A stretch of DNA of 64,000 nt from Calditrichia bacterium. GTDB taxonomy: Bacteria > Calditrichota > Calditrichia > JAJRVZ01. The stretch's first letter is position 1. Every line of letters begins with the position of its first letter. Positions 20,431 to 30,270 of this stretch are shown in pieces. The translations under genes were made by a program, and so were the position numbers. Under the pieces are notes generated by a model. That model was not told the origin of the DNA. It ran no database searches and was given only the letters and a program-made list of their open reading frames with translations. Location: the NCBI GenBank assembly GCA_963777955.1, contig CAVZSQ010000013.1, positions 96,001 to 160,000 on the forward strand. The letters are read 5' to 3'.

Positions 20431-22569
20431 TTATTTTTTAATGGTATTCATTTTTAATTTAATTACGATCTGCCATTTGTCCTTAAGCTCTACCCGCCAG
20501 TTAGGGCATACCGCTGAACTCTGGTAAACTCTTTCGAATCCGGCTTCTGACTGAGAAATAGTTTCAATCGGAAAACGCCAGATTGTGCTCTTTTCACTCA
20601 CTTCCAGTTGCAGATCCATTTTACGCCATTCATCGCGCAAGCCGATAAATTGTACATCAGGGAGTTCTGCGCTGCTGTCCAGATAGGCATCTCCGATTTT
20701 CCCTGTTTTGAGATAATAGTAACGGTCATCGGCATGGCCGGCCTGCAAAGCAAAATTAAACTCCACTCCAAACCATAACTGCAATGGATTTTTGCCGTTA
20801 TTGGTTAAAGTATAATACGCAGTAATCGTACCATTGTTGTTAGAAAATTTAATATTCTTATCGATCCGCACCATTTCCTGTTCACCACGGTATCCGACCT
20901 TACCAAGGCGGGATAGTTGCACGCTGGCCATGTCCGGGCTGGTTTGCCTGGAGCGGATTTTATACTCCTGGTTAAAAAAATCACCCATTTCCTGATATTG
21001 TGCGGAGGCGAAAGATTGCAGGGTGGTATTTTCATTGAAAAAGTGGTCGATAAATGATTTTCGCTCATAAAAATCATAATGCAATTTGGAAAGCAGATTG
21101 GGTTCCTTGGCCAATATCAGATCATGGATACTTGCTGTTCTCTGGCTTTCATTGCCAGGTACCACGGCTGCTGCCAGTTTTTTATGATAACCTTCCTTAC
21201 GCCGGGTCATGGTATCGAGGATATTTTTTGCTACAGGCTTATAATCCAGTTCGTATAGCATTCCACCATGGATTAAACTGAAATAAGCATTATAATTCTT
21301 TGTTTCTACGATCAACTCGGCAGATCCGTCAACATTCAGATCGGTTAATTCAATCCTGGGCCTTTTAGCCCGGGTCAGTTTATCAACTATTGTTTCAGCC
21401 TGGATCAAATTAGTATAAATAGCATCGCGCAGGTGGCTTAGATAGAGACCGCCGAAGACTCCATGCCAGTAAGGACAGTTGCACTGGCCGGCCCATAGTT
21501 TTTTAAAAGCGGGGCGGGCGGCCTTTTGCTGCTGAGCGGCAGATAAACTCCAGAGTTTCTTACTTACCCGCAGCATTTTTTTATGCATATTATTGACCTC
21601 GGTGTACTTGGCTAAAAAATTGCGCCAGAATCCACCCCGGACAAAAACATGAAAATCTTCATAGACATTTTTCGATTTCAGGTAATGTTCAAAATCTTCA
21701 TAGGCCTGGAAGGTGTCCGGAAACAAAGACCAGTGCATCATTTCGGCATAGGAGGCAGTCGGTAAATAAATCTTACCCCGTGGTTTAAAAAGCCGCATGG
21801 CGTCACTGAAATGTATCATATTTATCCAGGAACTGTTTTCGGTCAACAAGCGAAAAAATCTTTCTAACCATTTATCATGATATACATGCTGATGAGTATG
21901 GGGCCAGACTCCGAATTTTTCACCATCATCGGCAAAGACCATGATATTCTCACCATCCTCGCTGGCCATGGCGGCAAGATGTTCGATTGTCTTTTCCGGA
22001 TCCTCAAATGGTATGGTATAACGTAAGCGTTTGCTGATGGGGAACAAGACCACAGCATTGCCCAGATCTTCGGTAAGATAATAACCGATTAACTGGTCAT
22101 CAGTCAACCCGGCATATTTAAAATGTGTATCGTCAATAACCGTGTAACTCACACCCGCTTTAACCAGCGAAGTAGGCATGGTCGGCTCCCAGACCCTCTC
22201 GGCCAGCCACATTCCGCGCGGCTCATAATCGAACAGGTCTGCGACGGTCCGGGTCAGCATCTGAATTTGCCCGATGCGGTCCTTTTCCGGAATAATACTG
22301 AGAATGGGTTCATAATAACCGCCGGTCATCATTTCAATCTGGCCGCGCTTTACCAGTTTGCTGATCGTGCCGAGCAAGCCCGGCCGGTGCTCTTTCAACC
22401 AGTCGATTAATATTCCGGTAAAATGCAGGCCGATTTTTATATTCGGAAAATTTTCCAGCACCTGCAAAAACGGATGGTAGGCCTGGTCATAGGCATCACT
22501 GAAGACAAAATCAAAATTGCCGACCGGTTGATGATTGTGAATCCCGAACAAAAAATTAATCTTTTTCAT
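20431..22569 (-). CDS. GH57 4-alpha-glucanotransferase/alpha-amylase
   Basis: HNHQP, WLAERVW (nucleophile), DDGEKFG (acid/base), WHGVFGGLY, SQSEAGFER. Confidence 0.92.
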   Translation of the reverse strand: MKKINFLFGIHNHQPVGNFDFVFSDAYDQAYHPFLQVLENFPNIKIGLHFTGILIDWLKEHRPGLLGTISKLVKRGQIEMMTGGYYEPILSIIPEKDRIGQIQMLTRTVADLFDYEPRGMWLAERVWEPTMPTSLVKAGVSYTVIDDTHFKYAGLTDDQLIGYYLTEDLGNAVVLFPISKRLRYTIPFEDPEKTIEHLAAMASEDGENIMVFADDGEKFGVWPHTHQHVYHDKWLERFFRLLTENSSWINMIHFSDAMRLFKPRGKIYLPTASYAEMMHWSLFPDTFQAYEDFEHYLKSKNVYEDFHVFVRGGFWRNFLAKYTEVNNMHKKMLRVSKKLWSLSAAQQQKAARPAFKKLWAGQCNCPYWHGVFGGLYLSHLRDAIYTNLIQAETIVDKLTRAKRPRIELTDLNVDGSAELIVETKNYNAYFSLIHGGMLYELDYKPVAKNILDTMTRRKEGYHKKLAAAVVPGNESQRTASIHDLILAKEPNLLSKLHYDFYERKSFIDHFFNENTTLQSFASAQYQEMGDFFNQEYKIRSRQTSPDMASVQLSRLGKVGYRGEQEMVRIDKNIKFSNNNGTITAYYTLTNNGKNPLQLWFGVEFNFALQAGHADDRYYYLKTGKIGDAYLDSSAELPDVQFIGLRDEWRKMDLQLEVSEKSTIWRFPIETISQSEAGFERVYQSSAVCPNWRVELKDKWQIVIKLKMNTIKK

Positions 22570-23429
22570 CGCCTGTCTTTCTCCAAAAAGTGAAATCCGA
22601 TTAATTTCGATATCAACTTTGCTACCATAAAATCAGGGTGCTTTAAAGTTGGTATGGGACTCAGTTCAACCACATCGAATCCCAGCACATTCCGTTGTTG
22701 GAAAACCCGTCGCAGAAAATTCAGTGTTTCATACCAGAAGAAACCGCCCGGTTCCGGTGTGCCGGTACTGGGCATGATGGCCGGATCAAAAAAATCAACA
22801 TCGACAGTCAAATAGATATTCTTGTCCATTTTTTTTATCAGGGTATCGCTGAATCCGTTTTTAATCAACTGATGTGCATAATATATGGAAATTTTGTTTT
22901 GTTTAATGAATTCACGCTCTTCGATACACTGGGCCCGTACACCCAGCTGAACTATTTTATGGTTCTGTTCCCAGATCCGCCGCATGGTGGCAGCATGACT
23001 ATAAAGTGAATTTTCATACTCCATGCGCAGATCAGAATGGGCATCCAGTTGCAAAACCGAAAGATTTCTATAGCGGCTATGATAGGCCCGGTATACTGCG
23101 GCGGAAATACTGTGTTCTCCTCCCAGTACCACTACAAATTTATTATTCTGCAATAACGCCTTTACCTGAGCGGTGATGGTATCCATAATCCCGGCCGGAT
23201 CACCCCGAAATTCCATGGCCGGCAGGGTATGGATTCCTTTTGTGCAAATCTCCAGATCCAATTCTTCATCGTAAAGTTCTACGAATCCCGATGCGGCCAG
23301 AATCGCCTGCGGACCGGCGGCTGTACCTTTGCCATAACTGGTGGAAAATTCAACCGGTAGTGGTAAGATGACCACCTGCGCCTGCTCAAAACTGGTATTT
23401 ATATTATCTTCGCCTAAAAACTGCATCAT
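22566..23429 (-). CDS. speB: Agmatinase
   Basis: GGEHS, DAHSD, DVDFFDP, TGTPEPGG; start overlaps the pdaD stop. Confidence 0.9.
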   Translation of the reverse strand: MMQFLGEDNINTSFEQAQVVILPLPVEFSTSYGKGTAAGPQAILAASGFVELYDEELDLEICTKGIHTLPAMEFRGDPAGIMDTITAQVKALLQNNKFVVVLGGEHSISAAVYRAYHSRYRNLSVLQLDAHSDLRMEYENSLYSHAATMRRIWEQNHKIVQLGVRAQCIEEREFIKQNKISIYYAHQLIKNGFSDTLIKKMDKNIYLTVDVDFFDPAIMPSTGTPEPGGFFWYETLNFLRRVFQQRNVLGFDVVELSPIPTLKHPDFMVAKLISKLIGFHFLEKDRR

Positions 23430-23971
23430 GGTAATAATACCGCAGCCGCAATTACCGAAGTCCATAATCCGTTTTTATCGCCGATAGCAGTCTGAGTAAT
23501 GTTGGTAGATTTGACTATCTCTCCGCTGATTTTCCATTGCTGCCGTTTTTCATCCCAGCTGCTATCCATATTGAATTGAACACCCAGAATCGTGGCCAGC
23601 ATTTCCGCAGCAATATCTTCCGCATAGTCGCCGGCGATATCATTGGTCTGGCCGAAACAATGGTGTTCACTCAGGTAACCGTACATGCTGGGATCCTTCG
23701 GGATCGCCAGACCCACCGAAGCACCGATCAGCCGGTTAGGTTCATTGGTCTCATTACGGCTGTAAACGGCATGTAAAATCTGACCGGCCTTGGTCATTTT
23801 TAAGCCTTTTTTCAGCGGAATGATCCTGCAGCGCGGAGGGAAAATACTTGATACTCCAACCAGATTAAAAGATGCAATTTTAGCATCACGTAATGCCATT
23901 TCAAAACTGGTAAGACGTTCACGATGCTTACCCACACCTTTGGTCAGAAAAATTTTTCTAGGTACATACAA
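23426..23971 (-). CDS. pdaD: Pyruvoyl-dependent arginine decarboxylase
   Basis: SFEMALRDA, FNLVGVSSIFPP (Ser-Ser self-cleavage site), YGYLSEHH. Confidence 0.9.
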   Translation of the reverse strand: MYVPRKIFLTKGVGKHRERLTSFEMALRDAKIASFNLVGVSSIFPPRCRIIPLKKGLKMTKAGQILHAVYSRNETNEPNRLIGASVGLAIPKDPSMYGYLSEHHCFGQTNDIAGDYAEDIAAEMLATILGVQFNMDSSWDEKRQQWKISGEIVKSTNITQTAIGDKNGLWTSVIAAAVLLP

Positions 23972-23988
23972 TTTTCAATTCCTCCTTA

Positions 23989-24882
23989 TTAGATATCTTC
24001 GCTTTTTTCCCACTCTTGCAGAATCCGGCGATTACGAATTTTTATCATTATAAAGCCGCATAAAACTAAAATTACCAGCATTATCCAGAAGAGATTCTTA
24101 ACCTGCAATAGTAAAGCCCAGCGGTATTGCTGATGGATATATTGCTGCAAATCCCGGTTGAACTGACCGGCAGCAGTTCCGTCGTAGACCTGTTCGAAAA
24201 CCTGTTCCCAGTTATTGCCTGCGGCCAGCCCGTCAAGTAAATTACCGATCACCTTTTCGCCGGAATTACGGATCAGAAACTGAACCGCCAATAACGATTG
24301 CGCGTAGGCCAGTTGGGCTTTGGCCGATCCAAAGACCAGCATCCGGTCCACCTCCTGCAGATCAAGCAGATTTGCGCTGATCACGGCACTGCTGATGACC
24401 AGATGATCATTCCAGGAGAAAGTTCTGCCGCTCAGCTGCATGGCCAGTCCTTCATTGAACCACAAAGGCACCCGGCAGGTATCGGCTTTATCCGCCAGGT
24501 AGATATGGGCCAACTCATGTAATAACACTTCGCGGTATTCCCGCGGATCAAAAAAGCCTGACGGCGGCGGTCTTAAGATCACCTTACGTTCATCAGGAAA
24601 AGCAACTCCACCGCTCCAGTCGGGCAAGGCGGATTCACTCAGTTTAAAATAGTCTTCGTCATTTTGCGGTATATAAATCTGCACATCCCGCCGCAGCTGC
24701 CGCGGAGTAAAATGAAATACCTCCTGAAACACAGGTTCATTTTCCATCAAGATCCGGTTGAGGTCTCTGACGATCAACGAATCTGCCGGCGGAGCTAAAA
24801 ATGAATACCGACCGTACTTTTTCACTGCCAAATTATCTGATTGTACCGCTAATGCAAAAAAAACCAATAAAATAAGTTTCAA
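23989..24882 (-). CDS. Peptidase MA-like zinc metalloprotein with C-terminal membrane anchor
   Basis: HELAH...PLWFNEGLA; signal peptide and C-terminal TM helix. Confidence 0.8.
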   Translation of the reverse strand: MKLILLVFFALAVQSDNLAVKKYGRYSFLAPPADSLIVRDLNRILMENEPVFQEVFHFTPRQLRRDVQIYIPQNDEDYFKLSESALPDWSGGVAFPDERKVILRPPPSGFFDPREYREVLLHELAHIYLADKADTCRVPLWFNEGLAMQLSGRTFSWNDHLVISSAVISANLLDLQEVDRMLVFGSAKAQLAYAQSLLAVQFLIRNSGEKVIGNLLDGLAAGNNWEQVFEQVYDGTAAGQFNRDLQQYIHQQYRWALLLQVKNLFWIMLVILVLCGFIMIKIRNRRILQEWEKSEDI

Positions 24883-24937
24883 ATTTAATTTTTTTTAACT
24901 GTTTCTACAATACTATTTTTAAAATCATTGTACTTCT

Positions 24938-26233
24938 TTAGTCCTGTATTTCCGCCTGGGCTGCAGCCCTGATGCCGCTGGCCAGATCCACATCCTTCAG
25001 CACAATCATCCCGCTTATAAAAAATATTATTAAGGCCAGTATACTCAGACGGCTGGAACCGGTAAATTGTGCAATCACTCCGAAAATAGCCGGTCCGAGA
25101 ATACCTGAGAATTTTTCACTGACATCATAAAATCCGAAAAACTCGGCCGAGCGCTCCCTGGGTGTCATCAGACCGAACAGCGAACGGCTCAGTGCCTGCG
25201 TGCCGCCCTGGACCATGCTGATCAGAACGGCCAGAATCCAGAAATGAAGGGGTTGCCTCATGAACAGGCCAAGAATGCAGATACCTGTATAAATAACCAA
25301 TCCTGCATAAATGGCCTTTTTAGCTGATATCTTCTCGGCCAGGCGACCGAATAACAGGGTGAACGGTATACCCAGGAATTGTACCAGCAGTACTGCTCCG
25401 AGCAGATCCTTTTCACCAATACCAATCTCCGAACCGAAGATCACGGCCATTACAATAATGGTGCCGATGCCATCGTTGTAAAGCCAGTAGGCAATCAACA
25501 AGCGGAAAGCCTGTTTAAACTGCCTGATCCTGCTGAAGGTCAATTTGATCCGTTTAAATCCTGCACGCAGTACATTCATTCTGGCCGGGCGGTCGGCCTT
25601 ACGGGCCAGTGGTTCTTTTACATTGATCCACAGCGGTAATGAAAATAATCCCCACCACAAAGCCACTGTAATGAAACACCAGCGGGTCGCCAATGAACTA
25701 TCCGCGATGAAAAAGACCTGTGGCCACAATATCATGGCCATATTTACCGATAAAAGTAAACCGCCGCCCAGATAGCCCAGGGCATAACCCAGCGTGGACA
25801 CCCGGTCAATATTGCTGCTGTCACTGATATGAGGTAATAAAGAGTCATAAAATACGATGGAACTGGAAAATCCAATACGTCCGACGATATAATAGAAAGA
25901 GGCCAGCAACCAGTCCCCCTGTTGTATGGAAAAAAGCATGGCGGTAGCCAGGATGCCCAGTATGGCGAAGGTCGTCAAAAATTTAATCTTGGCCCGCATG
26001 TAATCCGCTACTGCACCCAGAATAGGAGATAAAACCGCTACAGTCAGCATGGCTATCGTATTGGTATAACCCCAATAACTGCTGGCTGTGGCTGGTGTCA
26101 GATTTGCCGCAGCAACTTTACTATAGTATGCGGGTAGTACCGAAGCCATGATGGTAGCGGCAAATGCCGAATTAGCCCAGTCGTACATAGCCCAACTATA
26201 TATGTACTTGCGATTGGTGCTATTGGCTTGCAT
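24938..26233 (-). CDS. MFS transporter (UMF1/ATG22-like)
   Basis: SWAMYDWANSAF, FYDSLLP, QALSRSLF, AEFFGFY; many TM helices. Confidence 0.9.
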   Translation of the reverse strand: MQANSTNRKYIYSWAMYDWANSAFAATIMASVLPAYYSKVAAANLTPATASSYWGYTNTIAMLTVAVLSPILGAVADYMRAKIKFLTTFAILGILATAMLFSIQQGDWLLASFYYIVGRIGFSSSIVFYDSLLPHISDSSNIDRVSTLGYALGYLGGGLLLSVNMAMILWPQVFFIADSSLATRWCFITVALWWGLFSLPLWINVKEPLARKADRPARMNVLRAGFKRIKLTFSRIRQFKQAFRLLIAYWLYNDGIGTIIVMAVIFGSEIGIGEKDLLGAVLLVQFLGIPFTLLFGRLAEKISAKKAIYAGLVIYTGICILGLFMRQPLHFWILAVLISMVQGGTQALSRSLFGLMTPRERSAEFFGFYDVSEKFSGILGPAIFGVIAQFTGSSRLSILALIIFFISGMIVLKDVDLASGIRAAAQAEIQD

Positions 26234-26347
26234 TTCCAGGTCTTAGTGGCTATTTGGTGATAAAAAGTCCGTATTACTCAGACGTTTTGCTGTTAAGGTA
26301 AGAGCAGCGGGGGTATGGACAACTCTTTCATCAGGTGCAAAGTTATT

Positions 26348-26378
26348 AAAAAAAAACCCCCACCCGTACTGTGGAGGT
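26348..26378 (-). terminator. Intrinsic terminator after mglA
   Basis: Minus strand ACCTCCAC-AGTACGG-GTGGGGGT followed by a T run. Confidence 0.75.
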
Positions 26379-26383
26379 ATTGA

Positions 26384-26968
26384 TTATAACTGATTTTGTA
26401 CGTTTTGTACGACTTTATTGATCACTGACTTCAGTGTGTTGAATACGCCATCACCGCGGACCGCAACCCCTTCAAAATAGGGTACACTGAAGAAGTTCAA
26501 CTTCTTCTGCAGGGCTTCCATAGATTCCACTCCCGGCAAGTCTCGTTTGTTAAATTGAATAACCCAGGGGAATGCTTCCAGAGAATGTCCATCCTGCTTA
26601 AGATTGTTTTCCAGATCCAGCAATGTTTCAATATTGGCTTCCATGCGGTGCGGTTGGGAATCGGCGACGAAGACGATACCGTCAACCCCGTTAAGAATTA
26701 CTTTTCGGCTGGAAGCATAATATACCTGCCCCGGCACAGTATATAAATTGAATTTTGGTTTTTTCCCCTTGATGCGTCCCACTTCAATTTGCATGAAATC
26801 AAAGAATATCGTACGATCTTCTTTCGTTTTCAGAGATACCAGTTCACCCGCAAGCGATGGATCCAGTTTGGAGTGAATATACTCCAGATTGGTGGTTTTA
26901 CCACTCATGCCCGGTCCATAATAAACGATCTTTAGGTTAATTTCTTGGAGCGCCCAATTGATAAACAT
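26384..26968 (-). CDS. mglA: MglA-family small Ras-like GTPase
   Basis: KIVYYGPGMSGKTTNL, DRTIFFDF (intrinsic Arg), YTVPGQ, QFNKRDL. Confidence 0.95.
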   Translation of the reverse strand: MFINWALQEINLKIVYYGPGMSGKTTNLEYIHSKLDPSLAGELVSLKTKEDRTIFFDFMQIEVGRIKGKKPKFNLYTVPGQVYYASSRKVILNGVDGIVFVADSQPHRMEANIETLLDLENNLKQDGHSLEAFPWVIQFNKRDLPGVESMEALQKKLNFFSVPYFEGVAVRGDGVFNTLKSVINKVVQNVQNQL

Positions 26969-27007
26969 TAGTTCCTCTCACAGTTATCAAATTCAGCTAA
27001 GATTTTT

Positions 27008-27532
27008 TTATTTAAAGGTCTCATCCAAAGCATCACCCAACAGCGAACTAAAGTCGGAATCAATCATATCTTTTTCACCTTCAATTTCTTCACTTTCTTC
27101 CAGAATTTCCAGCAAACCCTGAATCGCTTTCTTAGTATAAATGCGGATCAGGCCCAGCGTGACATTGACATCAAATACGACCACCAGGAAGAAATAATCA
27201 CCAACATTGGAAAGATAGACATTCCGTTTCTCCCCTTCATGGAAGAGCAACTTGAATTTTGCTTCTTCCCCGACCAGTTTAGCCATTTCAGCCGTGGCAG
27301 CAAAATCGCTGGCCGCCAGAGCCGACAGGACGGTAGTATTCATATTCTCCGTATTCCCGCGCTGACTGATCAGCTGGCCGCTCATATCAGCGAACAAAAT
27401 TGCTGATGCTTTGGTTTTGCTGGCTAACTCGGAAAGTGTTTTGGTCACGCCCTCATACTGCTTACCGTTAAGAATAATCTGACGGCTGCCGTCTTTCAGT
27501 TTTTTTGTACGTACCATATCCTCTATCCCCAC
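27008..27532 (-). CDS. mglB: MglB-like roadblock/LC7 protein (putative GAP)
   Basis: ALAASDFAATAEMAKLVGEEAKFKLLFHEGE...LGLIR; acidic tail; adjacent to mglA. Confidence 0.88.
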   Translation of the reverse strand: MGIEDMVRTKKLKDGSRQIILNGKQYEGVTKTLSELASKTKASAILFADMSGQLISQRGNTENMNTTVLSALAASDFAATAEMAKLVGEEAKFKLLFHEGEKRNVYLSNVGDYFFLVVVFDVNVTLGLIRIYTKKAIQGLLEILEESEEIEGEKDMIDSDFSSLLGDALDETFK

Positions 27533-27538
27533 ATTTAT

Positions 27539-28288
27539 TTAAATGCTCATGGATTTAGTCTTATCTAATCTCGTCAAAGCGATTTTCAGACTTTCCCGTA
27601 ACCGTTCCACCGATTCAGCCATGTAGTTGATCTCATCATTGGTTTTAATAGTGATCTTTTCGCCCAAATTGCCGCTGCTGATCTCGGTGGCCCGGTCGGC
27701 CAGATGGATTATCGGCCGGATAATTCTGTTGGAAATAAAATAAACAATAATAATACCCAGTACCGTAACCAGAATGATACTGATGATGATATAGGTATTG
27801 GTTTGTTTGACCCTTTCCGCAATATAACTCTGTTTCATCCCGATGCGAATAAAACCCAGACTCCCTTCGGCAACCCCCACGGCTACATCATAACATTGCA
27901 CAGCGGCAGATCTCAAATGAATTAACGGCGGATTGCTATTATTTATTTCAGAAGATATCTGGCGGGTGGTCAATTCTGCCGGTACGTCTCCATTAAATGT
28001 ATCAGCAATAATGCGCCGCTGGCCGTCCTGCACCAGTATATATTCTACACTCTCGTAAGCTAAAGAATTAGCCAGTGTTTGCCGCAAGCCAACCGAATCC
28101 TTCTCCATTATCATTTCAGAACTGTAGCGGGCTAAATCAGTAGCGATGGTCTGCCCTCGTTCAATAACTTCTTTCTTTAAACTTGTAGTAACCGTTTTTT
28201 GAACAATAAAAATAATGACCAGTCCTAAAAACAGGTTACTTAAAATCAAAATACCGCTTATTTTCCAACGCAGACTTAAAAATTTCAT
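27539..28288 (-). CDS. Membrane sensor-like protein (2 TM + periplasmic domain + HAMP, no output domain)
   Basis: TM1, ~130-aa loop, TM2, HAMP (RPI..LA..A.EIS.GNL...DEI..MA); protein ends right after HAMP. Confidence 0.85.
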   Translation of the reverse strand: MKFLSLRWKISGILILSNLFLGLVIIFIVQKTVTTSLKKEVIERGQTIATDLARYSSEMIMEKDSVGLRQTLANSLAYESVEYILVQDGQRRIIADTFNGDVPAELTTRQISSEINNSNPPLIHLRSAAVQCYDVAVGVAEGSLGFIRIGMKQSYIAERVKQTNTYIIISIILVTVLGIIIVYFISNRIIRPIIHLADRATEISSGNLGEKITIKTNDEINYMAESVERLRESLKIALTRLDKTKSMSI

Positions 28289-28554
28289 AACTGCTTTATA
28301 TATTCAAGCATATCCTGCTGAAATTTCAATCGTTTATCTTCATCGGCAATCTGATGGCTGATCGCCTCGGTCAACAGTGCAGCGTTTGCCCCGCTCACCT
28401 GGCTGCGCTCGGTATTCAAGTCAGACAAAACATCATCAATAATATAGGAAGCAACTGGACCAATATTTTTCACCAGTACCTCTTCCAGTCGCTTGAAAAA
28501 ATCCTCCCGGATAAACTTTATGGACTGGTTTGCCACCTGCTGCGAATTTACCAA
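28285..28554 (-). CDS. Small helical protein with IGPVA..IIDD motif
   Basis: Overlaps the HAMP gene start; the motif resembles C-terminal domains of DUF4388/roadblock proteins. Confidence 0.6.
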   Translation of the reverse strand: MVNSQQVANQSIKFIREDFFKRLEEVLVKNIGPVASYIIDDVLSDLNTERSQVSGANAALLTEAISHQIADEDKRLKFQQDMLEYIKQL

Positions 28555-28671
28555 ATTTAATTTTTTTGTCCCCTGGCCAGTTTAACTTTGCCCGGCTGTA
28601 TTGCTTTCCCGGCCCGATCTGGCAAACTGACTTAGGATATTTTATTTTTTTAATATAATAGTAATTAAAAT

Positions 28672-29115
28672 TTATTGCAATTTAGAAATTAAATTTATTT
28701 CCTTGGTCTCCAGTTGTTCCGGGATCAATTTGGGCGGTTTTTCCTCCAGATATTTTTTAATTTGCTTGATAAATTTTTTATCTTCCAGCAGATGAGCCAT
28801 GACAACATTTAGTGTAATTCGTAACAAAGGCATGATGCGATCCTGGGAACAATAAGTAATCAGGAGCAAGCCATTCTTGATCATGATGATTAAATTATAA
28901 TCCGCCCACTTAATCTCCACTTCTTTCACCGTGCGGTTGATTTTTTGATGAATCAGCAGAATACGGATTATTTTTTGGGCTATCTTTTCTGAAGTAGCCT
29001 GATCAAAATTCAAACCTATTTTACCGATCACATTGCCGGCCTGGCTGGTTAAGAGCACCCCTTCCACACCAGTGATACTCAGTATTTCCTGAAACCACTT
29101 ATTATCTTCTAACAT
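28672..29115 (-). CDS. Divergent roadblock/LC7-like protein
   Basis: ILSITGVEGVLLTSQAGNVI...LLRITLNV pattern. Confidence 0.7.
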   Translation of the reverse strand: MLEDNKWFQEILSITGVEGVLLTSQAGNVIGKIGLNFDQATSEKIAQKIIRILLIHQKINRTVKEVEIKWADYNLIIMIKNGLLLITYCSQDRIMPLLRITLNVVMAHLLEDKKFIKQIKKYLEEKPPKLIPEQLETKEINLISKLQ

Positions 29116-29175
29116 TGCACCTTTCCAGCAAAGTGATTCGTGTTATCCCAAGCTGCAGCCTGATCACGTGATAAT

Positions 29176-29817
29176 TCAGGCATTCAACACCTCTTCGACC
29201 AAAGCTAAAACGGTATCCAGCTGGTACTTGGTCTCGATATCCAGATAAACCAGATTCTGTTTATAAAAAGCCAGTAATATACGGTTCTGGGTGGTATTCA
29301 GACTGATGAAGCGGGGATTTTCTCTGCTCATCAGCGTCCCTATCTTTTCAACCTGCAGCAAAGTAAAGGCAGCCAGAACCGATAATCCATTGATGCGGGT
29401 GTTACTGGCCAGAATCTCACCATCCTGATTAATAATCGCTGTATTCCTGACCCCTTTGATATTCATTAACATACTCAATAAATGCAAATTCTTGCTTTCA
29501 GCGCTGATTTCCAGAGTGTCCAGGTGATGAAGACCCTTGAGCAGTAAACTGTTCCAGGGAATATTGATCGTGATGATCGGTGGACGCACATTATTCTCCA
29601 CCCTGAATTTACCTTCCTGTAAGGCCAGCATTTTAAACAGCGCATCTTCACCAACGTCAGGATCTAATTCGGCATGAACTACATTACCATCCTGAAAGTA
29701 CACAAAACCATATTTACCGGCATACTCAATGGTGAGTTTGGAGGTATTCTTCTCCATACAATTCAGCTGGATCAGATTGGGTAATCTGAGATCGCGGAGA
29801 TTGCCTACTAAAGCCAT
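29176..29817 (-). CDS. DUF4388 (PATAN) domain fused to a roadblock-like domain
   Basis: MALVGNLRDLRLPNLIQL...GFVYFQDGNVVHA...GEDALFKML..QEGKF; C-terminal IKGVRNTAIINQDG. Confidence 0.85.
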   Translation of the reverse strand: MALVGNLRDLRLPNLIQLNCMEKNTSKLTIEYAGKYGFVYFQDGNVVHAELDPDVGEDALFKMLALQEGKFRVENNVRPPIITINIPWNSLLLKGLHHLDTLEISAESKNLHLLSMLMNIKGVRNTAIINQDGEILASNTRINGLSVLAAFTLLQVEKIGTLMSRENPRFISLNTTQNRILLAFYKQNLVYLDIETKYQLDTVLALVEEVLNA

Positions 29818-29819
29818 AA

Positions 29820-30191
29820 TTATTTCAAAATATCCATAACTAGTTGTCTTATTTCTTTCATTTCAAAAGGTTTTTCCAGATAAAATCTGGCACCTTTTCT
29901 CATGGCTTCCTCTTTCTTGTCATCGGAACCAAAGGCAGTCATGATAATCACTTCCAGATGCGGATAATGCTTCTTAATCTGTTCCAGCAATTCCAGACCG
30001 TCCATGCCCGGCATCCTGATATCGCTTATTACCAGATCGAACTTTTCACGATTTATTTTTTCCCAGGCTTCATCGCCCGAGCCGGCAGTGACAACCTCAT
30101 AATTCTGTTTAGCCAGAATAAAACATTGATAAAGACTGAAGGTCAGAGTTTCTTCATCATCTACAATCAGCAATTTTTTTGCTTCATCCAT
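29820..30191 (-). CDS. Single-domain response regulator
   Basis: LIVDDE, ISDIRMPGMDG (phospho-Asp), IMTAFG, EKPF. Confidence 0.93.
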   Translation of the reverse strand: MDEAKKLLIVDDEETLTFSLYQCFILAKQNYEVVTAGSGDEAWEKINREKFDLVISDIRMPGMDGLELLEQIKKHYPHLEVIIMTAFGSDDKKEEAMRKGARFYLEKPFEMKEIRQLVMDILK

Positions 30192-30270
30192 AACAGTAAT
30201 TCCGTTCCTTGCTTAGTACTACTTATTGTTTATTTCGCTTACCTTGTGACCGCCGCAGGTCGAAGATCGA

